Below are positions 49,491 through 58,599 of a stretch of 64,000 nt of DNA, one piece after another. Within the stretch, counting starts at the first letter, position 1. Every line of letters starts with the position of its first letter. A program made the translations under genes and the position numbers. Origin of the DNA: Gemmatimonadales bacterium (GTDB lineage: Bacteria > Gemmatimonadota > Gemmatimonadetes > Gemmatimonadales > GWC2-71-9); NCBI GenBank assembly GCA_037189525.1, contig JBBCJC010000005.1, forward strand, positions 32,001-96,000. The letters run 5' to 3'. The notes under the pieces are model-generated. The model was not told the DNA's origin. It did not search any database and saw only the letters and a list, made by a program, of their open reading frames with translations.

Positions 49491-50464
49491 GGCACCGGTA
49501 CCCGCGCAAGCACTTGTTCAACGATCGAATCGCTGGTCACGTCTTCGGCTTCCGCTTCGAACGAGAGGACGATCCGATGGCGCATCACATCCGCGGCAAG
49601 CGCCTGGATGTCCTGCGGCGTCACGTAACCGCGCCCTTGCAGTACGGCATGGGCGCGGGCCGCCTGCGCCAGCGCAATCGACGCGCGCGGCGAGGCCCCG
49701 AAGGCAATCAGCGGCACCAGGTTGCTGAGCCCGACCGTATCCGGCTCCCGGGTGGCGCGGACCAGGTCGACGATGTAGTCCGCCAGCCGCGGATCGAGGT
49801 GCGCATGGAGGGTGAGCCGGCGGAGTTCGATGACCGTGTCCGGATCGAGCACCGGCGCCACCACGATCGGATCGCCGCCGCTCATCCGCTGCAGGATTTC
49901 GCGCTCGTCGGACCGGGTCGGATAACCCACCCGGATCTTGAGGAGGAAGCGGTCGAGCTGCGCTTCGGGCAACGGATAGGTGCCCTCGTTCTCGATCGGA
50001 TTCTGCGTGGCCAGCACCAGAAATGGCTCGGGCAAAGCATAGGTCTGCCCGCCAATCGACACCTGGCGTTCCTGCATCGCTTCGAGCAGCGCCGACTGGA
50101 CCTTGGCCGGCGCCCGGTTGATCTCGTCGGCCAGCACGATATTGGCAAAGAGCGGCCCCTGCTTGGGCCGGAATTCCTGCGTCTTCGGATCGAAGATCAT
50201 GGTGCCGACGATATCGGCGGGGAGCAGATCCGGCGTGAACTGGATCCGCGAGAAGCTCGCTCGAAAAGTCTCGGCCAGCGTCTTGACGGCCAGCGTCTTG
50301 GCCAGCCCCGGCACACCTTCCAGGAGGACGTGGCCGCCGGTGAGCAATCCGACCGCGAGGCGTTCGACCATCTGGCGCTGTCCCACGATGCGCCGGCCGA
50401 CTTCATCCAGCGCGCGACGCAGTACCTCGGTATGGGGAATCGCAGCGGCAGCGGGAGCGGTCAT
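49487..50464 (-). CDS. moxR: MoxR family AAA+ ATPase
   Basis: EGVPGLAKT, RIQFTPDLLPAD, DEINRAPAKVQSALLEAM, GTYPLPEAQLDRF and GASPRA motifs. Confidence 0.95.
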   Translation of the reverse strand: MTAPAAAAIPHTEVLRRALDEVGRRIVGQRQMVERLAVGLLTGGHVLLEGVPGLAKTLAVKTLAETFRASFSRIQFTPDLLPADIVGTMIFDPKTQEFRPKQGPLFANIVLADEINRAPAKVQSALLEAMQERQVSIGGQTYALPEPFLVLATQNPIENEGTYPLPEAQLDRFLLKIRVGYPTRSDEREILQRMSGGDPIVVAPVLDPDTVIELRRLTLHAHLDPRLADYIVDLVRATREPDTVGLSNLVPLIAFGASPRASIALAQAARAHAVLQGRGYVTPQDIQALAADVMRHRIVLSFEAEAEDVTSDSIVEQVLARVPVP

Positions 50465-50495
50465 GAGCTTTCCTTGTCCGACCGACGTCGGAACG

Positions 50496-51221
50496 TTAGG
50501 GCGCCGGCAGGTCGATCGCCCGATACAGTGCTTTGATTTCGGGTGGCGTGAGCGGACGCCACTCACCCGGTTTCAGGTCGCCCAGGCGGATCGGCCCATA
50601 CGAGAGCCGCGCCAGCCGTTCGACTTTGCCGCCCATCTCGGCCACCCACTTCCGGACCACGGCATTGCGTCCTTCGGCGAGGGTGACGTCGATCAAGGTA
50701 CGACCCGCTCGCCCCGCCTGGACCCGGACCGTCAAGGGGACGACCGGACGGCCATCTACCACCACGCGCCCGGCCGTTGCCTTGGTAAACGCTTCGGTCG
50801 TGTTGCCGTGCACGAGCACGGTGTAGCGGCGCGGGATCCGATACTTCGGATGGGTCAGACGGTGGACCGCGTCGCCATCGGTGGTCAGGAGCAGCACGCC
50901 GGTCGTCATCACGTCGAGCCGGCCGACGTAGGTCAGACCCTTGTGATCCGGAATCAGATCGAAGACGGTCTGCCGCCCTTCCTCGTCCGCAGCAGTCGTC
51001 ACGATCCCGAGCGGCTTGTGCAGCACCAGCCACCGGGTGGCCACCGGACGGACCCGCCGCCCCTTGATGACGATCTTCTGGACGTCGGGATCGACCTTGG
51101 TGCCTAACGTGGCCACCACGCCGTCGACGCTGACCTCCCCCGCCTCGATCAACACCTCGGCCTGACGGCGAGAGGCGATACCCGCACGCGCCAAGGCCCG
51201 CTGCAGGCGCATCACGGTCAT
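50496..51221 (-). CDS. rluB: 23S rRNA pseudouridine synthase (RluB/RsuA family)
   Basis: S4 domain RLQRALARAGIASRR, plus VGRLD and EGRN motifs. Follows scpB. Confidence 0.85.
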   Translation of the reverse strand: MTVMRLQRALARAGIASRRQAEVLIEAGEVSVDGVVATLGTKVDPDVQKIVIKGRRVRPVATRWLVLHKPLGIVTTAADEEGRQTVFDLIPDHKGLTYVGRLDVMTTGVLLLTTDGDAVHRLTHPKYRIPRRYTVLVHGNTTEAFTKATAGRVVVDGRPVVPLTVRVQAGRAGRTLIDVTLAEGRNAVVRKWVAEMGGKVERLARLSYGPIRLGDLKPGEWRPLTPPEIKALYRAIDLPAP

Positions 51222-51802
51222 GATTCGGCTTCGACGGAGACGGCGGCTTCCTCGTTCCGGTCGCCCTCGGGCTTGGCCGGCTGCAGCGCAATCGAGAGTT
51301 CGTCCACCCGCGGCAGGTTGGCAAGATCCGACATGCCGAGCAACTCGAGGAAGAGCGGCGTGGTGCCGTAGAGGAGCGGCCGGCCGAGTGCCTCGCTCCG
51401 TCCCACCACCTCGATCAGTCCCCGCTCCTGCAAGGTCCGCAACACGCCGGCGGCGCTGACTCCGCGGATCTCCTCGATCTCGGCCCGCCCGACCGGCTGC
51501 CGGTAGGCAATCGTCGCCAGGGTCTCGAGCATCGCGGCCGAGAGGCGCGGCGGCTTGGACGCCAGCTGCGCTCGTTCGATGGCGGCTGCGTAGACCGCGC
51601 GCGTCACGATCTGGAACCCGCCGGCCAGCTCGACCAGTTCGACGCCATGACCGTCGAAGTCATAGTGCTCGCGGAGCTGCTCCAGCGCCTGACGGATTTC
51701 GGCCAATCCGGCATCGGGATCGAGCGTCTGCAGTTCCTCGACCGTGACCGGGCGGGGCGCGGCAAACAGGGCGGCTTCAATCAGCTGATTCAGGTCGTTC
51801 AC
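51218..51802 (-). CDS. scpB: Segregation and condensation protein B
   Basis: IEAALF, LETLATIAYRQPV, IEEIRGV and GRPLLYGTT motifs. Confidence 0.95.
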   Translation of the reverse strand: MNDLNQLIEAALFAAPRPVTVEELQTLDPDAGLAEIRQALEQLREHYDFDGHGVELVELAGGFQIVTRAVYAAAIERAQLASKPPRLSAAMLETLATIAYRQPVGRAEIEEIRGVSAAGVLRTLQERGLIEVVGRSEALGRPLLYGTTPLFLELLGMSDLANLPRVDELSIALQPAKPEGDRNEEAAVSVEAES

Positions 51803-52565
51803 GAGAAATCACCACCGGCCCGTAGGCCCGTTGTTGAAAGACGAAGGCCCCGCCGCGACGCGCCAGTTCGAGAATCGCCAGCAGCGTCGACAGGACGTCG
51901 GCAATGGTCGGATGCGGACCGACCGCATCGCTCCAGCTGATACTGCCCCGCTCCGCCAGCAACGTTTCGATCCGGAGGGTGGCGCCCTCCACATTGAGGG
52001 GCCGGGCCACCACGCGGTGCAGCACCGGGTGGAGGATCCCCGCGATGACCCGTTCGACCGCGGCCAGCAGCTCCATCAGATCGAGCGTCAGTGGCGGCGG
52101 GGGCAGTTCGGGCGGTGGCGGCAGGTAGCCGCGGACAAACTTCGCCGCCCGACGCTCCGCCGCATCGCCCATCCAGAGGGCGATTTCCTTGATCTGCTGA
52201 TACTCGAGCAGCCGACGCACCAGTTCGGCCCGCGGATCCTCCCATTCCTCGCCGTCAGCGCCCCGGGGCAGCAGCATCTGCGCTTTGAGGCGAACCAGCC
52301 GGCTCGCCATATCGAGGTAGTCGGCCGCCTGATTCAGACCGAGTTGGTGGATGGCGCGGAGGAACTGATCCGCAATGCGGGCAATGGGAATATCTGCGAT
52401 ATCGAGCCGCTCCTCCCGGAGGAGGTGCAGCAGGAGGTCCAGGGGCCCCGTAAAGGCATCCAGTTCGACCACGAAGCCCGATTCGGGCCCGGGAATCCCG
52501 GGCTCGGCGTCGAGCGTGGCAGTGGAAGCAGGCGCCTCGGGCAGGTCCGGGCCGACAGTGGTCAT
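51777..52565 (-). CDS. scpA: Segregation and condensation protein A (kleisin)
   Basis: FTGPLDLLLHL, LKAQMLLP, DPRAELVRRLLEY and LAILEL motifs. Confidence 0.93.
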   Translation of the reverse strand: MTTVGPDLPEAPASTATLDAEPGIPGPESGFVVELDAFTGPLDLLLHLLREERLDIADIPIARIADQFLRAIHQLGLNQAADYLDMASRLVRLKAQMLLPRGADGEEWEDPRAELVRRLLEYQQIKEIALWMGDAAERRAAKFVRGYLPPPPELPPPPLTLDLMELLAAVERVIAGILHPVLHRVVARPLNVEGATLRIETLLAERGSISWSDAVGPHPTIADVLSTLLAILELARRGGAFVFQQRAYGPVVISRERPESAD

Positions 52566-52738
52566 GAACACCAAAACAAGCAGGAAAACCGACTCGACGG
52601 AGTTCGTCGAAAGCTGGGGTCCAATATGGTCGGCTCCCCCGCCCAGGCGAAGGGGGTCGGAAGTCGAATTCAACCCGATCTGGCGCCAAACCAGCCCCGA
52701 CGCGAACTTGCGGCACCTCGACCACCGACAACCTGGCC

Positions 52739-53896
52739 ATGCGCTTTCCGTTCGCCTCCGCCCTACTGGGCGTCTGCCTCCTCGTGCCACCTCTTGGCGC
52801 CCAGACCCAACCCGCCTCTCAAGTGGATTGGGACGTCCTGACGGCCAGGATCGTGACCCGGAACCTGCGGCTCGCCCCGGGTGAGCGGGTCCTGTTGTTC
52901 TGGGATCAGGAAAGCGACCGGGGCGCAGCGGCCGCCTTTCGCCGGGCCGTCGCCGCGGCTGGCGGGGTCATCTCGGCCGAGTTGAGCGCTCCCACAGAAG
53001 TGGAAGCGGTCCAGATCGCCCGGCTCGCCCCGGCGGTGCAAGCTCTCCAGCGAGCCCGGCGAGATTCCGCCTGGACCGCCGCCTTTGCCGGGGCCGATGT
53101 CGCGATCTGGCTTCCGACCCCGACGTCGACTCTGGCCGACCGTCCCTTCGAGCGGCTGGTCGAGCAATCGAAGGTCCGTTCGATTCACTTCCACTGGTTC
53201 CTGCCGCCCGATCAAGCGGATGTCGGACTGATCGACTCGCTCTACGTCGCGGCGATGGCGGTGCCGCCGGCCGACCTGGATGCGCGCATGGCGGCGATCG
53301 ACCGGGCCATCCGCGGCAAGACGGTTCGGATCACGGCGCCTAACGGTACCGACCTCAGGTTCCGCATTCCCGCCGATGCCTGGGTGCATCGCAACACCGG
53401 CGACATCAGCCGGGCCAGGGTGGCCAACGCGCGGACCATTCGCGATCGTGAGGAGGAGTTACCGGCCAGCGTGTTCCGCACCACCGCGCTGACGAACGTG
53501 GAAGGACGCGCCATCGGATACGCCAGCTTCGATACGCGGGGGCCGATCCTCGATGCGACCTTTGCGGGCAACCGGGTCACCCGGCTCGTCTCCGCTCGCG
53601 ACGGTGATGCGCTGGTCGCCTCATGGCAAAGCCGTTCGGGCGACAAGGATGTGCCCAGCGAGTTCGTGATCGGCACCAACCCCGCCCTGCCCGCGGTCCT
53701 GCCGTCGGGATTCATGCCGTACTACGGTTACGGCACCGGAATCGTCCGGGTTTCGTTCGGCGACAACTGGGAATCCGGAGGCAAGAATCGCGTGCCCGGC
53801 CACCTGGAGACCCTGCTCTTCATTCCCCAGGCCACCGTCACTGCCGACGGAGTAGTGATCGTGAAAGACGGCGAACTCGTCGCCGGCCGCACTTGA
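52739..53896 (+). CDS. Exported M29/AmpS-fold aminopeptidase-like protein (degenerate)
   Basis: Signal peptide, LRLAPGERVLL, ITAPNGTDL, EFVIGTNP, FGDN and IVKDG motifs. Confidence 0.55.
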   Translation: MRFPFASALLGVCLLVPPLGAQTQPASQVDWDVLTARIVTRNLRLAPGERVLLFWDQESDRGAAAAFRRAVAAAGGVISAELSAPTEVEAVQIARLAPAVQALQRARRDSAWTAAFAGADVAIWLPTPTSTLADRPFERLVEQSKVRSIHFHWFLPPDQADVGLIDSLYVAAMAVPPADLDARMAAIDRAIRGKTVRITAPNGTDLRFRIPADAWVHRNTGDISRARVANARTIRDREEELPASVFRTTALTNVEGRAIGYASFDTRGPILDATFAGNRVTRLVSARDGDALVASWQSRSGDKDVPSEFVIGTNPALPAVLPSGFMPYYGYGTGIVRVSFGDNWESGGKNRVPGHLETLLFIPQATVTADGVVIVKDGELVAGRT

Positions 53897-53900
53897 GTCG

Positions 53901-55334
53901 CTATTTCCGATAGTCGAGCGGCGGGTCGCGATCGCCGACCTTGCTGGTATACCGGTACCCGCCCAGGCGCTGGTCGTGTTCGGCGCGCGCCTTGACCAGG
54001 TGCGTAGGATTGCCGAACAGCTCGACCGCGGTCAGCGCCATGGCCTTGGCGGCCAGGTCCATGCCCTTCATCCCGATCGACATCCCGCCCGCGGCTACCG
54101 CCTGCCAGGTGTGCGCCGGTGTCCCCGGCACCCAGGTCGCCGTGTTGACCTGCACGGTGGGCACCACCCAGCTCACGTCGCCTACGTCGGTGGAGCCGTT
54201 CGAGACCCCCGAATCGGCCGGAAGAATCGCTCCCGCGATCCGGCCCGGGTCGGACGGCGCGCCGGCGAGCGTCTTCCCGATCGAAGCTGCGAAGGTCTGC
54301 TCATCCGGCGTGTACCGGTAGCCGCCCACGCGCTGGAGCGCCTGCTCGGCCACATCCGACAGATGCTGATTGGGCAGCACGTTGTAGACCGAGTTCATCA
54401 GCTCGACCTCCATCGTAGTCCCCGTACCCAGCGCCGCGCCGTTGGCGGCCGCGAGGATCCGATCCCAGATCCCCTCCAGCACTCGCATGTCGCTGTGCCG
54501 AGCATAGTAGTACGACTCGGCAAAATCGGGCACGACGTTCGGTGCGCGGCCACCGGAGGTGATGATGTAGTGGATCCGCGCCTCGCTCGGGATATGCTCA
54601 CGAAGCAGGTTGACCATCGCGTTCATCGCCTCGACGCCGTCGAGCGCCGAGCGGCCCTGATCTGGCGCAATCGCCGCATGCGCACTCACGCCGCGGAAAC
54701 GGAACTTGGCCGAAATATTGGCAAGCGTGGTGGAACGCATCACGCGGTTGGCGTCACCCGGATGCCACGCCACCACGGCATCGACGTCGCGGAAAAGTCC
54801 GGCGCGCACCATGTAGACCTTGGCCCCACCGCCCTCCTCGGCCGGCGTACCGTAGAACCGAATCGTGCCGTGCTTACCCTGCTGCTGGAGCCAGTCCTTG
54901 ACCGCGATGGCCGCGGCCGCCGACGCCACACCGAAGAGATGGTGTCCGCAGCCGTGTCCCGGACCGCCGTCGAGCAGAATCTTTCGCGCGGGCACGGAGT
55001 CCTGCGACAGGCCGGGCAGCGCGTCGTACTCACCCAAAACTCCGATGACCGGCTGGCCGCTGCCCCAGCTCGCGACGAAGGCGGTCGGGATGCCCGCAAC
55101 ACCGGTTTCGATCGTGAATCCGGCGGCGCGCAGTTGCTCCTGCAGGAGGGCGCTGCTCTTCGTCTCCTGATAGCCGACTTCCGCAAAGCCCCAGATCCGG
55201 CGGGCGACTTCGCTGGAGCGGGCGTGACCGGCATCGATCTGCCGGAGCATGGCATCGATACCCGGCTGCTGCGCATCGAGACCGGCGGTGAGAGCGGCCA
55301 GAGCCAGCACTGTAAGCACGAGAGAGCGCATCAT
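53901..55334 (-). CDS. M20 amidohydrolase (AbgB-like), exported
   Basis: EYDALPG, GHGCGHH, GTPAEEG, WHP, HAA..P..GRSALD and STDVGDVS motifs, plus a signal peptide. Confidence 0.88.
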   Translation of the reverse strand: MMRSLVLTVLALAALTAGLDAQQPGIDAMLRQIDAGHARSSEVARRIWGFAEVGYQETKSSALLQEQLRAAGFTIETGVAGIPTAFVASWGSGQPVIGVLGEYDALPGLSQDSVPARKILLDGGPGHGCGHHLFGVASAAAAIAVKDWLQQQGKHGTIRFYGTPAEEGGGAKVYMVRAGLFRDVDAVVAWHPGDANRVMRSTTLANISAKFRFRGVSAHAAIAPDQGRSALDGVEAMNAMVNLLREHIPSEARIHYIITSGGRAPNVVPDFAESYYYARHSDMRVLEGIWDRILAAANGAALGTGTTMEVELMNSVYNVLPNQHLSDVAEQALQRVGGYRYTPDEQTFAASIGKTLAGAPSDPGRIAGAILPADSGVSNGSTDVGDVSWVVPTVQVNTATWVPGTPAHTWQAVAAGGMSIGMKGMDLAAKAMALTAVELFGNPTHLVKARAEHDQRLGGYRYTSKVGDRDPPLDYRK

Positions 55335-55391
55335 GGAAGCTCGATGAGGGATGGAAATTGGAACCGAGGGACTTCGGATCACCGTCCGCGG

Positions 55392-56201
55392 CTACCGGCG
55401 CCAGCGGACCAGGATCTCCTCCCGGTCGAAGCGTTTGAGGGTACCGACGAAGAGTCGCCAGAACAAGAGCCCGAACAGGAGGAGCGCAACGAGCGCAAGC
55501 GGCACGCTCCGGAACGCCGGGCGCCCGATGAGACCGATCAGCACCATCGCGGCGGGAATGACCCAGAGACCCGCCATCTGGGCCGCGGCCTGCACGTCGG
55601 CGGCCCGCATCGACGCCCGCATCCCGATCAGCGCGGCAATCCCGCCGGCGAGCGGCACCAGCAGCAGGAGCACCACGGTAAACGGCACCCCCGGGAAGAC
55701 GGGATGGCCGAGCCGCACCAGCGAGACGATCACCGCGCCGAGCGCGAACAGGAGGCCGGCGCCCCAGGTCACGAGGGTGCCCGGCACGGCCGCCGCCAGC
55801 AGCTTGGCGAGCAGGAACTCCCGATCCTCCACCGGCGTGGCGAGGATCGGCTCGAGGGTCCGCTGCTGCTTCTCCGCGGCAATCGACATGGCCGCGCCCA
55901 TGCTCGACAGGATGACCGGCATGAACAGGAAAAACGCGCCCACTTCGCGGACCAGGAGCCGAACGATCCGCTCCCCTTCCGGGAAATGCGCTAGCGCGGG
56001 ATCGAGCGCGGCAAACCGGAATAACGCCACGAAATCCGGATCGATACCCGGCGCCGCGGGATCGAGCGGCACCAGCGACAGCAATACCACCGGAATGCCG
56101 ACGCCGAGGAGCGGCAGGATCAGGTACCCGACCCAGACCTGGGCGTTACCGCGAATGTCGCGCAGTTCCTTGCGCAGGAAGAGGGGCAGCACCGGCTTCA
56201 T
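55392..56201 (-). CDS. ABC-2 type transporter permease
   Basis: RKELRD and SIAAEKQQRTLEPILATP..LAKL motifs, about 6 TMs. Confidence 0.85.
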   Translation of the reverse strand: MKPVLPLFLRKELRDIRGNAQVWVGYLILPLLGVGIPVVLLSLVPLDPAAPGIDPDFVALFRFAALDPALAHFPEGERIVRLLVREVGAFFLFMPVILSSMGAAMSIAAEKQQRTLEPILATPVEDREFLLAKLLAAAVPGTLVTWGAGLLFALGAVIVSLVRLGHPVFPGVPFTVVLLLLVPLAGGIAALIGMRASMRAADVQAAAQMAGLWVIPAAMVLIGLIGRPAFRSVPLALVALLLFGLLFWRLFVGTLKRFDREEILVRWRR

Positions 56202-57118
56202 TCGGCGCTCGCGATCGTCGCCAGGTAGACGTCTTCCAGCGTGCGACGGATGGGAACGACGGCGCGGACTCCGATACCGGCCGCGACGAGCGCTTCCACC
56301 ATCGCCGGGACCCGCTCACCAGCCGGGCGGACCGTCACCGTTTCGCCCTCGACCTCGGGCTGCAAGTCCAGCGGCAGCGCGGCAAGCGCCGCGGCCGCCT
56401 GACGCGGGTCGCCGGTTACTTCGATGACGACCTGCCCCGCCTGGTCCTGCCCGCCGAGCGACGCGGGCGGCCCGAATGCCAGCAGGCGCCGCTGCAGGAT
56501 ACCCACGACATCCGCCAGCTCCGCAGCTTCGGCCAGGTTGTGGGTACAGACGAGGATGGTCCGTCCCGCCTGCTTGAGCGACCGGATCAGGTGCCGCACC
56601 TCGCGCGCCGATTGCGGATCGAGCCCCGAAGTCGGCTCGTCGAAGAAGATGACCGATGGGTCGTGAAAGATCGCGCGGACGATCGCGAGCCGCTGCTTCA
56701 TGCCTTTGCTGTAGGTCGCCACCAGGTCGTCGCGCCGATCCCAGAGCTGCATGGCCGTGAGGTGGCGTTCGATGGTGCTCGCGAGGCGCTGGCCCTCGAG
56801 CCCGTAGAGCCGGCCGAAGAGCGCCAGATTCTCGTACGCCGAGAGCCGGTCGTAGAGCCCGGGTGTCTCGGTGAGCAGGCCGGTGGCGGCGCGGAGTCTG
56901 GCCATCTCATCCCGGGCGCCGGGAATACCCACCCCTGCCACCCGCGCCGACCCCGCCGTGACCCCGATCAGGCCCAGCAGCATCCGCACGGTCGTGGTCT
57001 TGCCCGCTCCGTTCGGACCGAGCAGAGCGCAGAGCTCGCCCTCCCGGAGCGCAAAGCTCACCTGGTCGACCACCACCCGGTCGCCGAAGGTGCGCGTCAG
57101 GCCATTGAGTTCAACCAT
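56198..57118 (-). CDS. ABC transporter ATP-binding protein
   Basis: GPNGAGKTT, YSKGMKQR, DEPTSGLD and H-loop motifs. Confidence 0.93.
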   Translation of the reverse strand: MVELNGLTRTFGDRVVVDQVSFALREGELCALLGPNGAGKTTTVRMLLGLIGVTAGSARVAGVGIPGARDEMARLRAATGLLTETPGLYDRLSAYENLALFGRLYGLEGQRLASTIERHLTAMQLWDRRDDLVATYSKGMKQRLAIVRAIFHDPSVIFFDEPTSGLDPQSAREVRHLIRSLKQAGRTILVCTHNLAEAAELADVVGILQRRLLAFGPPASLGGQDQAGQVVIEVTGDPRQAAAALAALPLDLQPEVEGETVTVRPAGERVPAMVEALVAAGIGVRAVVPIRRTLEDVYLATIASAE

Positions 57119-57239
57119 GCATCGGGGTCACCTTCCGCGAGAATGCCGGGCCCTTGCCCTAGCTAGCTCGACCCGGCTAGCTTAAAAGGCTATTGCCCGA
57201 CTGTCGTCGGGGCCGAATTGCCGAATCGTCGAGGAAACG

Positions 57240-57506
57240 ATGCCGAGGATCAAGTCCGCCAAGAAGCGGTTGCGTCAGACCAAGACCCGTACCGCCGCGA
57301 ATCGTCAGAAGCGGAGCCAGCTCCGGACCGCCGTGAAGAATGCGCGGAAGGCCACCGACGCCGCTACCCGGGCGACCACGTTCGCCACGGCCGAGAAGCT
57401 CCTCGACCGCGCCGGCCAGAAGCGCCTGATCCATCCGAACGCGGCCGCTCGCCACAAGAGCCGGCTGGCCAAGGCCAAGAACGCCGCGGCTGCCGCGAGC
57501 GCCTGA
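57240..57506 (+). CDS. rpsT: 30S ribosomal protein S20
   Basis: IKSAKKRLRQ...KSQLRT...LDRA..K..IHPNAAARHKSRL. Confidence 0.96.
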   Translation: MPRIKSAKKRLRQTKTRTAANRQKRSQLRTAVKNARKATDAATRATTFATAEKLLDRAGQKRLIHPNAAARHKSRLAKAKNAAAAASA

Positions 57507-57532
57507 TCGATCGGACGGACGACGCACAAGAC

Positions 57533-57562
57533 AAAGGGGCCGGCATTCGCCGGCCCCTTTTC
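57533..57562. terminator. Bidirectional Rho-independent terminator
   Basis: AAAGGGGCCGGC-ATTC-GCCGGCCCCTTT between convergent genes. Confidence 0.85.
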
Positions 57563-57581
57563 TCATTCCCGCCCGCCCGGC

Positions 57582-58517
57582 TCAGACCGCCGCGAGTTCG
57601 GCGCCGCAGCGCTCACAGTACCACTCGGTCGGCCGGTTGAGCGAGCCGCACTCACCGCACTTGAGCGTCTTGGCCGACGTCGGGGCCGGCCGTTCGGGGC
57701 CGCGGACTTCCGGGACGGTCGTGGTCGCCTGCCCGGCCGCGTTACGCGGATCGAGCGTCATCGACTTGAGGAAGGTCAGCTCATCCACCGACGAGGCCGG
57801 CGGAGGCGCCAGGGGCTCCTTGGAGGCGGCGGGAGCCGGGAACGGAATCGACCGGGCCGGGCCGGACTCGCGCGGCTTGAGGCCGCCACGAGGCACGAAC
57901 CGCGGAGCCTCGGGGAGTTCGATCGGCGCCGGCGCCGCGGTGGCCGAAGGCGGCGTCGGGGCCGCCGGCTCCTCCTCCAGGCTCAGCACCACGGGCGCTT
58001 CGAGTTCCGGCTCCGGCACCGGTTCGGGCTCGGGCGCAAAGGCCACCGGCTCGATCACGGGCTCCGGTTCCGGCGCCGGCGGCGGCGCGATCTGACTCAG
58101 CACTTCCTCGAGCCGGCCCGTCTCCCCCGCCAACCGGTTCAGCTCTTCGTTGAGCCCGGCAATCTTGCCCCCGCAGTCATCGGCGACCCGCTGCCACTCG
58201 GCCTCGCTGTACTCGCCCACGGAATGCCGCAACTCGGCTTCGGCGAGGGTCTCCTCTTCCTCACTCCGGAAGGCCTGGTACTCCCGGGTCTGGCTCCGGA
58301 GTCCTTCCAGGGTGCTGCTGATGACATCGGAGTGACCGCGGAGGCTTTCCACGACCTGCGCCAGACGGGCCTCGTAGTCCGTCCGGACCCGCTGCCGTAC
58401 CGTCGGGGGAGTCTTGCTTCCTGCGGCGTCGATCTTCTCGAGCCAGCCCGTCAGCTGCTGCCGCGACGCGAGGAGGGACTCGACCTCGCTCAAGTCCTGC
58501 CGCTCAAAATCAGTCAT
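57582..58517 (-). CDS. Hypothetical protein: coiled coil, Pro/Glu-rich linker and C-terminal C4 zinc ribbon
   Basis: Heptad-rich N-terminus, EPEP repeats, C-terminal CGECGSLN....WYCERCG. Confidence 0.8.
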   Translation of the reverse strand: MTDFERQDLSEVESLLASRQQLTGWLEKIDAAGSKTPPTVRQRVRTDYEARLAQVVESLRGHSDVISSTLEGLRSQTREYQAFRSEEEETLAEAELRHSVGEYSEAEWQRVADDCGGKIAGLNEELNRLAGETGRLEEVLSQIAPPPAPEPEPVIEPVAFAPEPEPVPEPELEAPVVLSLEEEPAAPTPPSATAAPAPIELPEAPRFVPRGGLKPRESGPARSIPFPAPAASKEPLAPPPASSVDELTFLKSMTLDPRNAAGQATTTVPEVRGPERPAPTSAKTLKCGECGSLNRPTEWYCERCGAELAAV

Positions 58518-58599
58518 CCTGAGTGTCTCCCAACGTATCCCCGGTTCCCCAAGCCTGTGACGGTCGGATCAAGTCCCGTCAGGGCAACGTCTTACGAGA

